DNA of 64,000 bases from the human T2T-CHM13v2.0 reference genome, Homo sapiens. Below, one piece after another: positions 26,489 to 40,799 of the stretch. The DNA is taken from the NCBI RefSeq assembly GCF_009914755.1, contig NC_060932.1; one strand, written 5' to 3'. A model generated the notes under the pieces. It was not told where the DNA came from. It ran no database searches and saw only the letters and a program-made list of their open reading frames with translations. The number at the start of each line of letters is the position of its first letter. Positions within the stretch are counted from its first letter, which is position 1. A program made the position numbers and the translations under genes.

Positions 26489-27452
26489 CCTGTATATGTG
26501 AAAAAGGAGAAGGCAGGAGTTAAAGAGTGAGGAAAAAGGATTTTAGTTGGCTTTAGTGGATATTGGTATAAGATTTCATAGTTCCAATAGCTAGGTCAAG
26601 CCCAAGGGGTAATGTTATCACTGCTGGGCCATGGAGCAGATGTACTTGGATTTAATGAGACTTTTTCAATGCAGAGAATGACAGTTAGTATTAATTCACA
26701 TCATAGCCTTTTTCTTTCGGACATAGGAAGTCACGTTTGTGAAGCAGGTATGTCTTTATGGCTTCAGGACCTAACCATGGTGGTTCTTATCAGCAAGAGA
26801 ATGATTCTGTTTTTTTCTAGTAAGTTAGGAATAAAGATTATAGAGGCCTATTTTTTTTTTTAATAGAAATTAGAGTAGAGAATAAGGGGCATCAGCTATT
26901 GGCCACTATTTGCCCTGGAGTAAATCACACGGGGGGTAGTAATTTCATCTCAAAGGAAAGGAGGAGCCGGGGAGAAGAGTCATTGAACATGAAAGGCTGG
27001 TGCAGCATTCTGTTGTGGGGGTTATTTGGGAAAGGCGCTCCAGCAATGTAGGAAGCATAATCTCATCTCACTGCCATTTATTGACTTTGTGACCTGGAAT
27101 GAGGTTTTTCTTATCTAGAAAGTTTAGACTTTTATCAAAAAAAATGTGACTATCTGGCTCTCTGCCAGAATCTCTGCTTGGGTGTTCTAGAGCTTGTCAT
27201 TGGGCTGCAATGTGCCAGTTCAGAGAGTTCCACATGGGAGGTGTTGGAAAGAAGTGATTTGGAATCGATGCTAGTCAAGGAGTGTGCCTGGGCTAAAGTG
27301 GGATCTATCTCTTGTTCATAGCCCAGTTTGTGTTCCTGGGAGAGAAGCAGGTATTTATGGCATCATGACGGGACAGACTGTGGGAATCTGTTGATGATTA
27401 AGCTGTGTAATATGTTGAAAGCTGCAACATACCTTTGAAATACAGGCTTGTT

Positions 27453-27900
<448 letters not shown>

Positions 27901-28164
27901 TCAGAGCCAAGGTAATGGATGACCCAGCTGCACACTGATTGAGGAATAATCTGTGAAGAAAAACAACAGGAAAGTGATTTGTGGAAATTCAGCTGCACTG
28001 CGAGATCACTGAGATGTAAGGATGTATCCACTTATTCAAGGCCTGAAGTGGTTTTCTGCCTTCACTCCTTATTTATCAGAGAGATACCTATTTTTCTTAA
28101 AGGTTCTCAGTAATTCCAGCAGATTCTTCAGTAGATAGCAGAAAATGTATTCAGACTCTGGGAG

Positions 28165-28800
<636 letters not shown>

Positions 28801-29379
28801 ACCCAGGCACCACCACAGAGAGATAGCAAGCACTCCTGTTTATCTGTGTCCCTTCTCCCCAGGATCCAGTCAAATACCTTATATATAGCAGTGGCTTAAT
28901 TAATCTTTCTTGATATGAATTAAATTGAAGATGACCACATATTTCTTCAGCATATGGCAAATGGCTTTTTCCAAGAAAAAGAGATAGATGTTTTTATTCT
29001 TGCTATATCTCTCTTTTCTTTCCTCCCTCCTTCACTACCCTCTCACTCTTCAATCCATTGTGATCTGGATTCTGTCTTGATCACTCCAGTGAAATGTCCC
29101 TATTTTTGCTTTGGCCAAGCTATGGCTGTGAAGAAAATGCTAGAGCTGCTGTGATTTTTCTACTAGCAGCCAAGTGGGAGTGCTAGTGCCACGGTGGGAG
29201 TGCAAACAGACCCTTCCTCATTCTAGTGGCCCCCTCATGCCAGGTGCCAGCCACCTAGACCACCAGGACACATTCTCTCCTCTCTCCTCCTGCCATAGAA
29301 TCCCTGGCAGAGAGCAAGAAGAAACTTACTTTCCTTGGCAGCCAGAGGGGGTAAGATACTAGCTTCCTTTATTCAAGGG

Positions 29380-29620
29380 GGAAATTGATTTGATTGACAG
29401 ACTAGAGAGAGCTGCTTCTCATTTAACCCACCAAAAGATATTATATGGCTTTAAGCCGTGTTCAGGAGCACGAGAAGGTAATAAAGTAGGAGTATGACCT
29501 TAATTCTCCTGGGAGGGAGAGTTGCTGCCAAACCGACACTCAAATTGTTTCTTTCTTTCCTTTTGCAGGCCCTCTGTGCATGCCATGCTTAATAAGGTAA
29601 TAAAAAGGTAAGATTATAAA
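29380..29620. promoter_or_regulatory. Candidate PBX-MEIS/PKNOX regulatory element with an adjacent exon-like segment
   Basis: Exact TGATTGACAG at 29391-29400 in unique sequence; acceptor/donor pair at 29568/29608. Confidence 0.3.
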
Positions 29621-29639
29621 GAAGGAAGAGGCCTATCAA

Positions 29640-29765
29640 GGAAAGAAGGCTCTTTATTTGCTTTGCTGTCATGGTATCCTTCCCATTCCACTGGCTTCCA
29701 GCACATATGTGGTAAGTGGCTGAATGGCAGTAATAGAAGAATGAATGAAGGTTGCATGAATTAGG
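29640..29765 (+). mobile_element. L2 3' end
   Basis: 'ttccagcacatatgtggtaag...gaatgaatgaa' tail. Confidence 0.5.
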
Positions 29766-30056
29766 AAATGAATTTGCAGTGTCCTCAATGTTGTTGTAGT
29801 CTTGTGATGGAAAGCAATCCATCTTCCTCTCAAGAGGTGTTTAGCTTGTTCTCAAAACCAGAGCTGCTCCTTGGTCTATAAGTGCTATTGGGGTGTGGCA
29901 GCAACCTGGGGTTGGGAGTCTTGGGCTTTACCTTGATGTACTGGGTCACATTAGATGGTTAGCCTATAGTTTATTTGCATCCACCACTGGTTTGCATACA
30001 CAACTGGGCACATTTTGGGAGCCACGTAAATATTCATGTATAAATTAGTCTCCCTA

Positions 30057-30559
<503 letters not shown>

Positions 30560-30649
30560 TTACTTTGTCTTTCCTGGAAACTTCTAGGTGTTAGGAAGTC
30601 CTAGCAGCAGTCCTCAGGGTTCGTAATCATCACATGCCGGTTGCTTATT

Positions 30650-30890
30650 CAGCAATAATAAGTAACACTGAGTGCTATGTAAATATCGAGCCCTTTCCTA
30701 GACGCTTGTGCTTACTTCATTTAATCCTCACAACATGAGGCAGGTAAGTACTATTAGTATCCCCATCTTACAGATGAGAAAACTGAGCCCCAGATAGATT
30801 ACATTACTAAGTTTTCCAAGACTTATAGCTGACAAGTAGAAGAGCCAGGATATGAACCCAAGCAATTAAGCTCTAGAAGTTCTCTTCTAG
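30650..30890 (-). mobile_element. MIR (MIRb-like)
   Basis: 'catttaatcctcacaac...ccccatcttacagatgagaaaactgag'. Confidence 0.85.
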
Positions 30891-31294
30891 CCATTGAGTT
30901 GTACTGGTTGTTCTTCAGCAACTGCTAACACAGTATGAGAGTTTTACAGGAATCTTGAGCAAGCTTTGCTGGTAAAGGAAATGTTCTATAGTTGTCTCTG
31001 TAATTTTTTTTTGAAGAGATTCCAGTGGGAGAAAGTACATAGCTAGTAACAGTTCTATTCTTCTTGTTAAGGGCACAGGCTAGGACATCATAGCAGCGTT
31101 CTTCACTACATCATAAGTCTACTTATGTTAATATATGTAGCAGCCATTCTGAAACTCTGCATTTCTGCTTGTTAAAAAGGAGGTGAAAAATGACCAACAA
31201 CACAAACTTCGAGAAGCATATGCAAATACTACAGTTGTATTCAATATCAACTTTTATTGTAGCTTCCCCATAAGCAATTCTGAGATTATAAATA

Positions 31295-31996
<702 letters not shown>

Positions 31997-32169
31997 TAAA
32001 AAATCTAAATTTAAGAACAATCCATGAATTACTGGGGCAATTGCTTTTTTTGACAGATAATATAGCCATGGAAATTCCTTCTCAATCATTGTTCTGCTGA
32101 CTAACTCAGGCCACCGTATTTACTGTAGGCTAAGGACAATGGGGGTTACATGGAAGCCACGATGTCTGT

Positions 32170-32400
32170 CTTACTGGAGGTTTTCTATCCATTGGAGAAA
32201 CAAGAATATGTACATGGATAATTAAAGGATAGGATGAAGTAGCATTTGGTATGTGTACTGGGGGTGGCACAGACACTATGCTCCACGGGAATGAACTAAT
32301 GATGGAGCTGGAGTGGTCAAGGAGAAGGTCATGGAGGAGGGCAGCTTTACTCCTACTGAATGGGATGGGGAGGATTTTGATGGGTGCAGAGAAGCAAAAT
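32170..32400 (-). mobile_element. L2 fragment
   Basis: 'gtggtcaaggagaaggtcatggaggagg' antisense L2-like. Confidence 0.45.
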
Positions 32401-32424
32401 TGCATTTCTAGTCTCATGTGTTAT

Positions 32425-32570
32425 TGAGGCAGCATAGTTCAGGGGCTCTAAGAAAAGTTTCTGGAACAAGGCTGCTTGGGTTTAGATCCTGATTCTGCTA
32501 CTTTTTAGCTGTAAATCTAAAGAAAAGTAGAAATTTGACTTCTCTGAGGTTTAGTTTTCTAATCTCTAAG
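32425..32570 (+). mobile_element. MIR
   Basis: 'gaggcagcatag...gggtttagatcctgattctgctact'. Confidence 0.65.
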
Positions 32571-32596
32571 GAGGTAGAAGGAGGAAAAGAGAATTT

Positions 32597-33050
32597 CAGT
32601 CAGGGTCCCAACAGGAAACAGATGGTGTCCTCTAAACAGGATGATTTATTTACAAGTATTAGTGCAGTAACGTGGAGCAGGAGCGGTGAGGGGAGAGGAT
32701 AGGATATTATTATTAGATCCTTAGGATTGAGTGGGAAAGAAGGGTCCCTAGGAGCAGTAAGCCCAGTGTGGAGGAAGCCACCTCCAAAGAACAGTGCCCT
32801 TCAGGCTGGGGGCAGAACCAGCCTAAAGGAGCAGAGGGAAGGAGCCAGGACAAGCAAACACCTTCATTGCTCCATTGCTCTGATTTTTTGCCTGGCTTCA
32901 TCCCTCTTTCCCTATGAACCCAGGAGCCCAATCAGGAAGCTACCATCTTGGGAAATGGATGAAACCATCCAGGTCAGGCTATCAGGATAAGAACCTGGAA
33001 GAGAATGGAAGAGTCTGGATCTGGAGAGGCAGACAGAAAGTGACCCAAGA
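32597..33050 (-). mobile_element. LTR33-like (ERVL) LTR
   Basis: 'cagtcagggtcccaacaggaaacagatgg' and 'tggatctggagaggcag' ends. Confidence 0.65.
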
Positions 33051-33287
33051 GGGAACAGCAAAATGCGAATGATGTATTTTGTTAGGGAAAGGCTTGCTGC
33101 TTGACTCTAAGGCAGGGCGACAATAAATGTTGGAGAGAGATGTGGTAGGTTGAGACCCTGGGCTTCCCTGTTTGTTGCCTCCCCATGGTACTACACACTT
33201 TCCTTGAGGCAACTGTCTCTCAGGAACTTCTCTCCTTCTGCAGGCAGCAGTGCCTGTCTACATCCTTCTAGAGCTGCGTCCCTAGAA

Positions 33288-33446
33288 CCACTTCAGCCTC
33301 CTTAGTAGCTGGGACTACAGGTATGCACCACCAGGCCTGACTAATTTTGTATTTTTTTGTAGAGACAGGGTTTTATCATGTTGCCCAGGCTGGTCTCGAA
33401 CTCCTGAGCTCAAGTGATCCACCTGCGTTGGCCTCCCAAAGTGCTG
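33288..33446 (-). mobile_element. Internal AluJ fragment lacking both ends, tail and TSD
   Basis: 159 bp spanning the Alu central linker; shares non-consensus bases with the Alu at 35441-35757. Confidence 0.85.
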
Positions 33447-33559
33447 ATAGACTCTTCCTCCTTCCTTGCCTGTGGTTTTAAGAGCTGCCCTGATAACTGC
33501 AGCCTCGTTGGATTTTCTAGAAAGAAAGAGAGCTAGATTTAAAGCTGCTCCCTGAACCA

Positions 33560-33830
33560 TAATCTCTGAGCTGTCATAGAGCCAGGCCATGTAATGCTTT
33601 GTTGCGGAAAAAAAGCTAATGTGACTCATTACAGCCTGATGCAGAGATTCCCTCTGACAGACACATGCGGTAATGGCTTGGAATGAACACACTCCTACGA
33701 ACAATTGGAAAAGAGACTTCGCATTGTTCTTTTAGCCCATAATTGGTTAGCTGTAAAAAAGGACTGCATTGGTCGTACTACACATTTCCACTCTGAACAA
33801 TGCCTTTATTGGATCAACTTAAATATATGA
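33560..33830. promoter_or_regulatory. Candidate enhancer (SOX, AP-1, homeodomain, MEIS motifs)
   Basis: TGACTCA 33622; AACAAT 33700 and 33796; CATTGTT 33722; TAATTG 33740; TGACAG 33655; several intact CpGs. Confidence 0.4.
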
Positions 33831-35440
33831 GGAATGAAGCAACCCAATGTCTGTATGTAGGTTTGAAAAACCAAGGTGTCCCTACAGCCAAGCCTTTAGG
33901 GGGTGCTGCTCTATTGCCTAACAGTTGTGTTTATGTTTCTCTTGCCATATTGAGCTTGACTCTCTCTTTCTACATAATGTTTTGGGGGGTAAAGGACTGT
34001 AGGGCTTGGGGACAAGCAGAAAATTACCCATTAGCAACTATCTCCATGAACAGATGCATTTGCCCCCTTCCCCGCCCTTACAGACAGAGCTTGAGAGGAA
34101 GATACCCACCAAGGGAAAGTTCTGAATTACATCTGTCTTGAAGTTTTAATTCTTTTTTCTTCCAGGTGCTAGTTCTGAGCCATTAAGCCCCAAATCAAGG
34201 GTGGTACTGCTTCCTTAGAGAAACAATGACATGGCAAGACATTATATTTCTTTCTAGAAAGTCATGCATTCATGCTCCTCTTATCCAAATTGTAGGCCAC
34301 TGAGAAAGCTGGCTAATTGCAAAGGGGCTGGATTTCAGGGTGGGAAGAGTGAATGGGCCTTATTTTCTGATGAACACAGATGAAGTTGCAATTTGCCATC
34401 TTCAATCAACATCATCGGGAGGCATCAGCAAAGGCCACCCACTAACTGTGTTTTTGTAACAGAAATCTGAGATCCCTTCATATGACAGTTCTCAAGGTCA
34501 GCTTTCTGTGTTTTTCCATAGTGTCCTGCACTTATAGGATGATCTCAGATGAATTTGAATTGGTCTTCAATTTTGCTTTTGGATGCATATAAAATAATTC
34601 CTTTTGAAACAATACCCTCATGATTAAAAAACCACTGCAGCTAAAAATATTTAAATCAGGAAGAATCCCAAATAAAGAACTTGGCAAAACACATAAGATA
34701 TGACAAAATTTTTGCTGGCAGAATATAAAATAGATATCAAAAGACTAAACTACACATACGGCACCATGAAGTGCTAGAGTTTTGCTTGGTATCGTTTTGC
34801 CCAAGATGTTTATACATCTCTATGTAACTGCAGCTAATCATATAAATTCTTTGTTTCAGTTTGAAATCTGCTCAGGTTGACACCTCCACTTTTGTGTTGA
34901 TTTTCTCCCATCTTCTGATCTGTCTGCCTTTTTTATTTCTAAAGAATAAATTATTGGCAGAGCATGGGCTTGAGAAGCAGAGTTTTGATTCTCTTTAATT
35001 TTTTTCTTCTTTTCCTCATCTTCCTGTGCTTATCTCTGGCAACCCCTGATCTTAAACTCCAGACTTAACTCACATTATCTCAATAAACCCTTCTTGTTTT
35101 AATTCCCTGTCAGACTGATCTTTTCCTTTCCTCCCTCCTTCTTTTCCTCTCTATTTTTTATTTCTTTCCCTAGATGTCCTCCATTTTATGGGTCAACTAT
35201 AAATTATAAACTGACACATATCATGGGTGGATTGTTCTGCTTGGTGGGCAAGGTGGTCACAACAGATTTCATGACATCAGCTTTTCCACTTAAAAGGGAA
35301 AGGCTTATCCTAAAACTAGGACCATTCTTTTCTTTTTGTTAAGACTTTCTCTGCCCAATTTCACTTTGGGCAAAGGAAAGTGTAAACAGTGATCATGGCT
35401 GTTATCCTCTCTCTACCCAAAACAGGGAAGCTTCACTCAT

Positions 35441-35757
35441 GTTTTTGTTTGTTTATTTGCTTGTTTTTTAGAGATAGGGTCTCAAAAGAAAACTTCAGCC
35501 CAGCTTGAAGTCCACTAGTGCAATCACGGCTCACTGCAGCCTCGATATCCTGGACTCAAGCCATCCTCCCACTTCAGCCTCCCTAGTAGCTGGGACTACA
35601 GGCATGCACCACCAGGCCTGGCCAATTTTGTATTTTTTGTGGAGACAGGGTTTTGCCATGTTACCCAGGATGGCCTCAAACTCCTGAACTCAAGTGATCT
35701 GCCTGCATTGGCCTCCCAAAGTGGTGAGAATATAGGCTTGAGCCACCATGCCTAGCT
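35441..35757 (-). mobile_element. AluJ
   Basis: Antisense Alu; anomalous 'aaaagaaaacttca' replaces the consensus near 35484. Confidence 0.9.
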
Positions 35758-37129
35758 TCACCAATGGGTTTTGAGGCTTTTGGGTAGACAGAGGTGATCC
35801 ATGACAGCATTGGGAGTTTCTATAGGAAGCATTGTTTGGGAGACCAGAGGCCAGGAGCATGAGGATGCCAGGGTGTGGCAAGGGGTTCATCTCACTGTCT
35901 TTATTCCATTCAGCACCGGCGTCCCCCAGAGTAATAAGAGCTGTGAGCATCTCCAGGGCATCTGTCCAGGGAGAGCTCTCCTTCCTCTCTCAGACCTCAC
36001 CACCCTCTGACTCTCTACTTCCTGGCAGCTTCTGTATCGTTCTTAATGTGGATGTGATCCCATGGTTGAGGTTTAGGGGTTTTTAGATCCCTAGATCTCA
36101 CAGGGGCTGCTGTCACCTAGGAGCAGCAACATTTTCGAATATTTTCCCTTTAGCAAAAATTATTCAGTATCCTCCCCCTATTTTTTCTTTCCTAGGGAAA
36201 TAACTCTAATGTTAAAACAATAGATCATTGGTTTCCATCTAGACCTGACTAGATTCCTCCTTCCTGTGATTTCATATCTCACTTTTTCTGAGTGTTCAGC
36301 CCACAGTGATTTTTCTATTTCCAACTCCCATAGAGGATACTAGGTCTCCCTGAGGGTGGGCACTGCTTCTTATTCTTTGTGAATCCCCAGAAGTGAGCAG
36401 AGGGCATGCCACTTGACTGGAACTCCATAGTACCTTCTGGAATTCACCATGCACTGATAGTGCAACTATTTTTTTTTCACATAAATATGTTTTGCTTTTC
36501 AGCTAGATTTCAACTCCCCGAGATTACTGCACCATGTAACCACCGCAGAGTGTGCTGTTCTTTGGATGGAGTTAGGTGCTCATTATAGACTTGTTTTGAT
36601 AATCATGACTAAACATCACAAATGTTTTACTGAAATCTTTCACTGTGTCAGAAGTGTGATGGGCACATAGGATAAAACATGAAAAAACTTCCTGTTTTTT
36701 AGGAAGTCAAGTTATAGCATCATAATAATAACAATCTAGTTTTACTTACTAGATCCATGAGGTCTGGCAGAGATACTAATCTTAGCAAATACCCATTGAT
36801 TTAATCACCATTATGTAGACCTGATTTTGGAAGCACAGTACCGTATTGTCATCTGATCGCCTGGCATGTTCATGTAAGGCTGGGATTGAATTGTTTTTGA
36901 ACTGCCATGAGTCATGCCAATGAGCTGCATGCACTATTTCTCATTTAGTGTCTTGCCCATCTAAATTCAAACCAACTGTCAACACAGGCTCTGTGCTGGG
37001 CACTGGACAAAGAGAGAGCATATGTATTTGACACATTACTAATTCTCAAGGGCTCACAACTGGGACTTACATCAACACTGCTTACCCCTACTAGGAGGCA
37101 GACTGCTAAATTCAAGAATAGAGATAAAA

Positions 37130-37265
37130 ACGTAGCATTACTGGAGTGATTAATTTTGACTGCAGTGATTCTGGCAGACTTCACAAATAAATTGACATTT
37201 GAGTTGGCCCTTGATATTGGATTTTGACAGGCAGAGATGGAAGGAAAGAGCAACCCAGGCAGGTG
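37130..37265 (-). mobile_element. L2 fragment
   Basis: 'tgacatttgagttggcccttga...ttttgacaggcagagatgg'. Confidence 0.65.
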
Positions 37266-37389
37266 AAACAGAATGAAAAAAGGCACGAAAATGTGAAAGT
37301 TTCTTCCCTAAGTAAGCAGTGGAGGCAGAATACTTGGGCATGGTTTGAATATAGATTTTCTAGGGCTGCGAATGACCCAAATCAGGGGC

Positions 37390-37694
37390 TGCCGTGGCAT
37401 TTTCCAGGTCAAATTAGGCCACTGGCCAAGATTTATTTGGCCTAGCACAAGGTTTTCCATTTTTCTGACTTGCTGCCAACATTTAAAAATCAGGAGTTTT
37501 CACAGACACATTTGGATTCTGGCTGCTCTTGAAGAAAATCTAACAATAGAGGGTCTGCATTTCCTCAAGGCAGCAACTGGCTGGCACTGAGTAATGGCTG
37601 TTCTTTTTAAACAGGCAAGAGCTCTTCAGCTTGTGACCATCCTAACTGGCCTCAATCAAATGACACAGGCAGGTGTTTGAGTTTGTGCCCTCTG
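37390..37694. mobile_element. MER102-like hAT fossil
   Basis: 'tgccaacatttaaaaatcaggag...tggattctggctgctcttgaa...gagtttgtgccctctg'. Confidence 0.7.
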
Positions 37695-37739
37695 ACCTAA
37701 AAGCTTTACTGACTCCTGCATGCTGGGAGAGGTGGTGTC

Positions 37740-37980
37740 GATTGCAGGGAGCTTTATGCAGTGGTTGATTAAACACACATCTGGAAGACTCTTGGGAATT
37801 GGCAGACTCTTCAAGGAAGAGAAAGTATCAGGAAGTCATCCCAGCTGCTGCTCTGAGGAATCTTGCTTGTCTAATTAGATCTTAGGCTGGCACACCTGGT
37901 GGATTTTTCGAGGCAGGGAATAATGACCCTCACAGTTTAAAAGATCTCTTTCCATGGCAACCCACAATGCTTTAGTCAAT
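37740..37980. promoter_or_regulatory. Candidate enhancer (homeodomain, E-box, RFX X-box)
   Basis: TTGATTAAACA 37765, CATCTG 37778, CTAATTAG 37871, X-box-like CTTTCCATGGCAAC 37948. Confidence 0.35.
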
Positions 37981-38265
37981 TTGAGAGCTTGTTAGCATCA
38001 CGTCTCTAGTTTATCTTTCCCTTATAAGTGAGTTTTCTTTCTTTCTGAATTGCATACTGGTGGCATGCCAACAAGAATCAAAATCCACTTTCAGAACAAA
38101 GGAGGAAATATATATGTGTTTTTTCTCTTTAATTTCCTTTGTTCAGCTCTTATGCCAGTCCGATATTCCTACTTCTTGGACCTTTGTGAGCCAACCTTTT
38201 ATTTCCCTTTTTCTTATGGAAAAGTGCACTTTGATTGCACTGGTGCTTATGAACCAATGCAGGAA

Positions 38266-38582
<317 letters not shown>

Positions 38583-38809
38583 AATGCAGGACTTTTTAAT
38601 ACAAATGCATGTGAAGGCCCTCAAATGCAAACACACAGAAACATACGTAACAAAATGCACTTGTTTATGTACTGTGTACACACAGAGACCTGTGAGCTCT
38701 TGCTCATATACAAACTTGCTCTGTGCCTGATGCCTATTAGGAGTGAGAGGTTCCTAACTGACATAACCTTCTTTTCAGAAGAATAAAATAGAAGGTTACT
38801 GAGTCTACG

Positions 38810-38920
38810 AGCTAATCTGTCTAATTAGATGCCTCTGAGCAAAATGCATAAAATTTGCATGAATTATCTTAACATGCAAAGAATAGGATACTGGGAGGAA
38901 AACCCAAGAAAATTTGCATT
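38810..38920. promoter_or_regulatory. Candidate POU/homeodomain enhancer
   Basis: Octamer ATTTGCAT at 38853 and 38912, plus ATGCATA, ATGCAAA and CTAATTAG within 110 bp. Confidence 0.4.
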
Positions 38921-39196
38921 TTGATGGGGGTGGGGGAAGTTTGAGGGCTATCATATAGAAGATCCTTTCTTTTATGTTTTGGGACTCAGTTCAAGAGGAG
39001 CTGCAGTGGGCTGACTAACATCAGCAAAGACAGCCCGTATATCCTTGGGCTCTGCAAGCAGTTACTCCAAGTCTTGTCTGCAGACTGTACAGTGGAACAG
39101 CCATCCAACCCCAACTGGGGAAACTTCATTAAGGCAGTGCAAAGTAATCAGTTTCAGTCCTGGCCTCTGGCTGGCTTGAAGGACAATCCCTTCTCA

Positions 39197-39212
39197 GCTG
39201 TAGGTGGCACTG
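39197..39212 (+). promoter_or_regulatory. Possible CTCF site
   Basis: gctgTAGGTGGCACtg matches the CTCF core YAGRKGGCRS with two 5' mismatches. Confidence 0.3.
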
Positions 39213-40149
39213 TTGTATCTATTGTAAGAAGCGCTGTACTTCGGCTAGCTACATCACTGCTATTTAAAATGGAGGAAAAAGAGAAAAAAAATAAAATCCA
39301 ACTCCCTCTTCCTCCTTGTCCCACTCCATCTCCTAACATGCACTGTACACCCTACCTGGGCAAACCTCCTCCATGCCACCCAGCGGACATTATATGTTGT
39401 TTAAGCTTATATGTTTTGTTTAAAATCAGTGGTTCTCTTAGGCCCTTTGCAGTGTATGTGCAATTTAGCTCTGGGATGTTTCATCTGAAGCTCAACTGCC
39501 TGAGATGATACTTGCTTCTCCCCATTCTCCTCCCCTCTACCCTCCCTATTTTTCCTTTCCCTGCTATAACTCACATTCACATAGTGATGGGTGGTATTGG
39601 AAGACAGACTGGGGAATAGTCTGTGTCTTGGACTCTGGAAGAGGCACTGGTTAGTAATAGAAATAAAAACCGCAGGAGCTGAGTGGCAGTGTGTGCTGGG
39701 GAGATGGCAACTTGACCGAAATGGGAGCGTGGGAAGAGAGCCAACTCTTGCTTCTCCCATTTCATTCTTTCTGGCAGTTCAGAAAACTGGTTTCCCCTGG
39801 GTTGACAGGCTTGGGCCAAATATGAGAATTAAATTCTGACATCTAGTTAGAGGTAGTGAGGTTGAGGTGGTGGAAGAAGAACCACTCCTTAGGAGTGCCT
39901 CAGCTTCCCCAGTGCTGAGATGGAACGTTGTACTGACCCATTAGGCAAAGCCTTATGGACAATATTAAAATGATGTGTATGGGAAAAAAAAGTGATAGGT
40001 TTAGGAGATGGGAGCTAATTCTCAAAACATTGTAGTATATAATGAAAAGACAGAAAAAATACAAGAAAAATAGGTAATATTTGGATAGCAACTTAAACTT
40101 TGCAAAGTTCTCCCACCCTCAATATGAAGCATCTTCTTTCCTCTCTCAG

Positions 40150-40270
40150 CATTGGTATCCCTGTTTCACATAGGAAGGCACTGGGTCCATTCAGTGACTT
40201 GCTCAAGGTCATGGAGGGAGAAGTAGAGCCAGTTCCTAAAACCAGGTTGTCTAACTCCAAGTTCTGCCAT
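40150..40270 (-). mobile_element. MIR fragment
   Basis: 'agtgacttgctcaaggtca...agtagagccag'. Confidence 0.65.
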
Positions 40271-40799
40271 CTCTAGGTATTTGTTTCATTTTTTATTCCC
40301 AAATAAATACTGCAGTTGAGAAGCAATACCCAAGTCTAAAGAATCAACGTTTGATTCTTGCCACCCAAGAATCAAATCAAGATATTATGCTTAAAGCAAT
40401 AAAAAGAGGTATCCAGTCTTTTTTTATTTGTTTGTTTTTAATGAAAATTCTGACTTTACATTGACTTCAGAAGCAATAACCTTAGGGTATCCTCTCTGTT
40501 CCTTTGTTAATTTTGCTGTTTTTTCTTTAGCTTATAATTTTATCTCTTTGAGCCTCAATGGTATCCTCTGTAAAACAGGTTGAATAAACTGTTTCTAAGC
40601 TTTGGGCATCTAGGGAAAACAAATTAATGCTTTATATGTCACTCAGGGTTCTTTGAATGAAAAATTCAAGATGAGCATTAGTTTTTATCATTGTTTTAAT
40701 AGCAGTTTATTAAGCCAAAACCTTAGGGAATCATGTAAGAATATATGATTTCCTCTGCCTGATTACATCTTTATCTGTGAGTTTTGTAAAAGTTTACAA

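Noticed and set aside
27287-27325. Hairpin ctgggcta...tagcccag as a possible pre-miRNA
   Set aside because: Only an 8-bp stem with poor inner pairing; too short, and expected by chance.
39074-39508. 144-aa plus-strand ORF in unique sequence
   Set aside because: It starts at TTG rather than ATG, has no recognisable domain, includes low-complexity K/E and P stretches, and lacks convincing splice boundaries.
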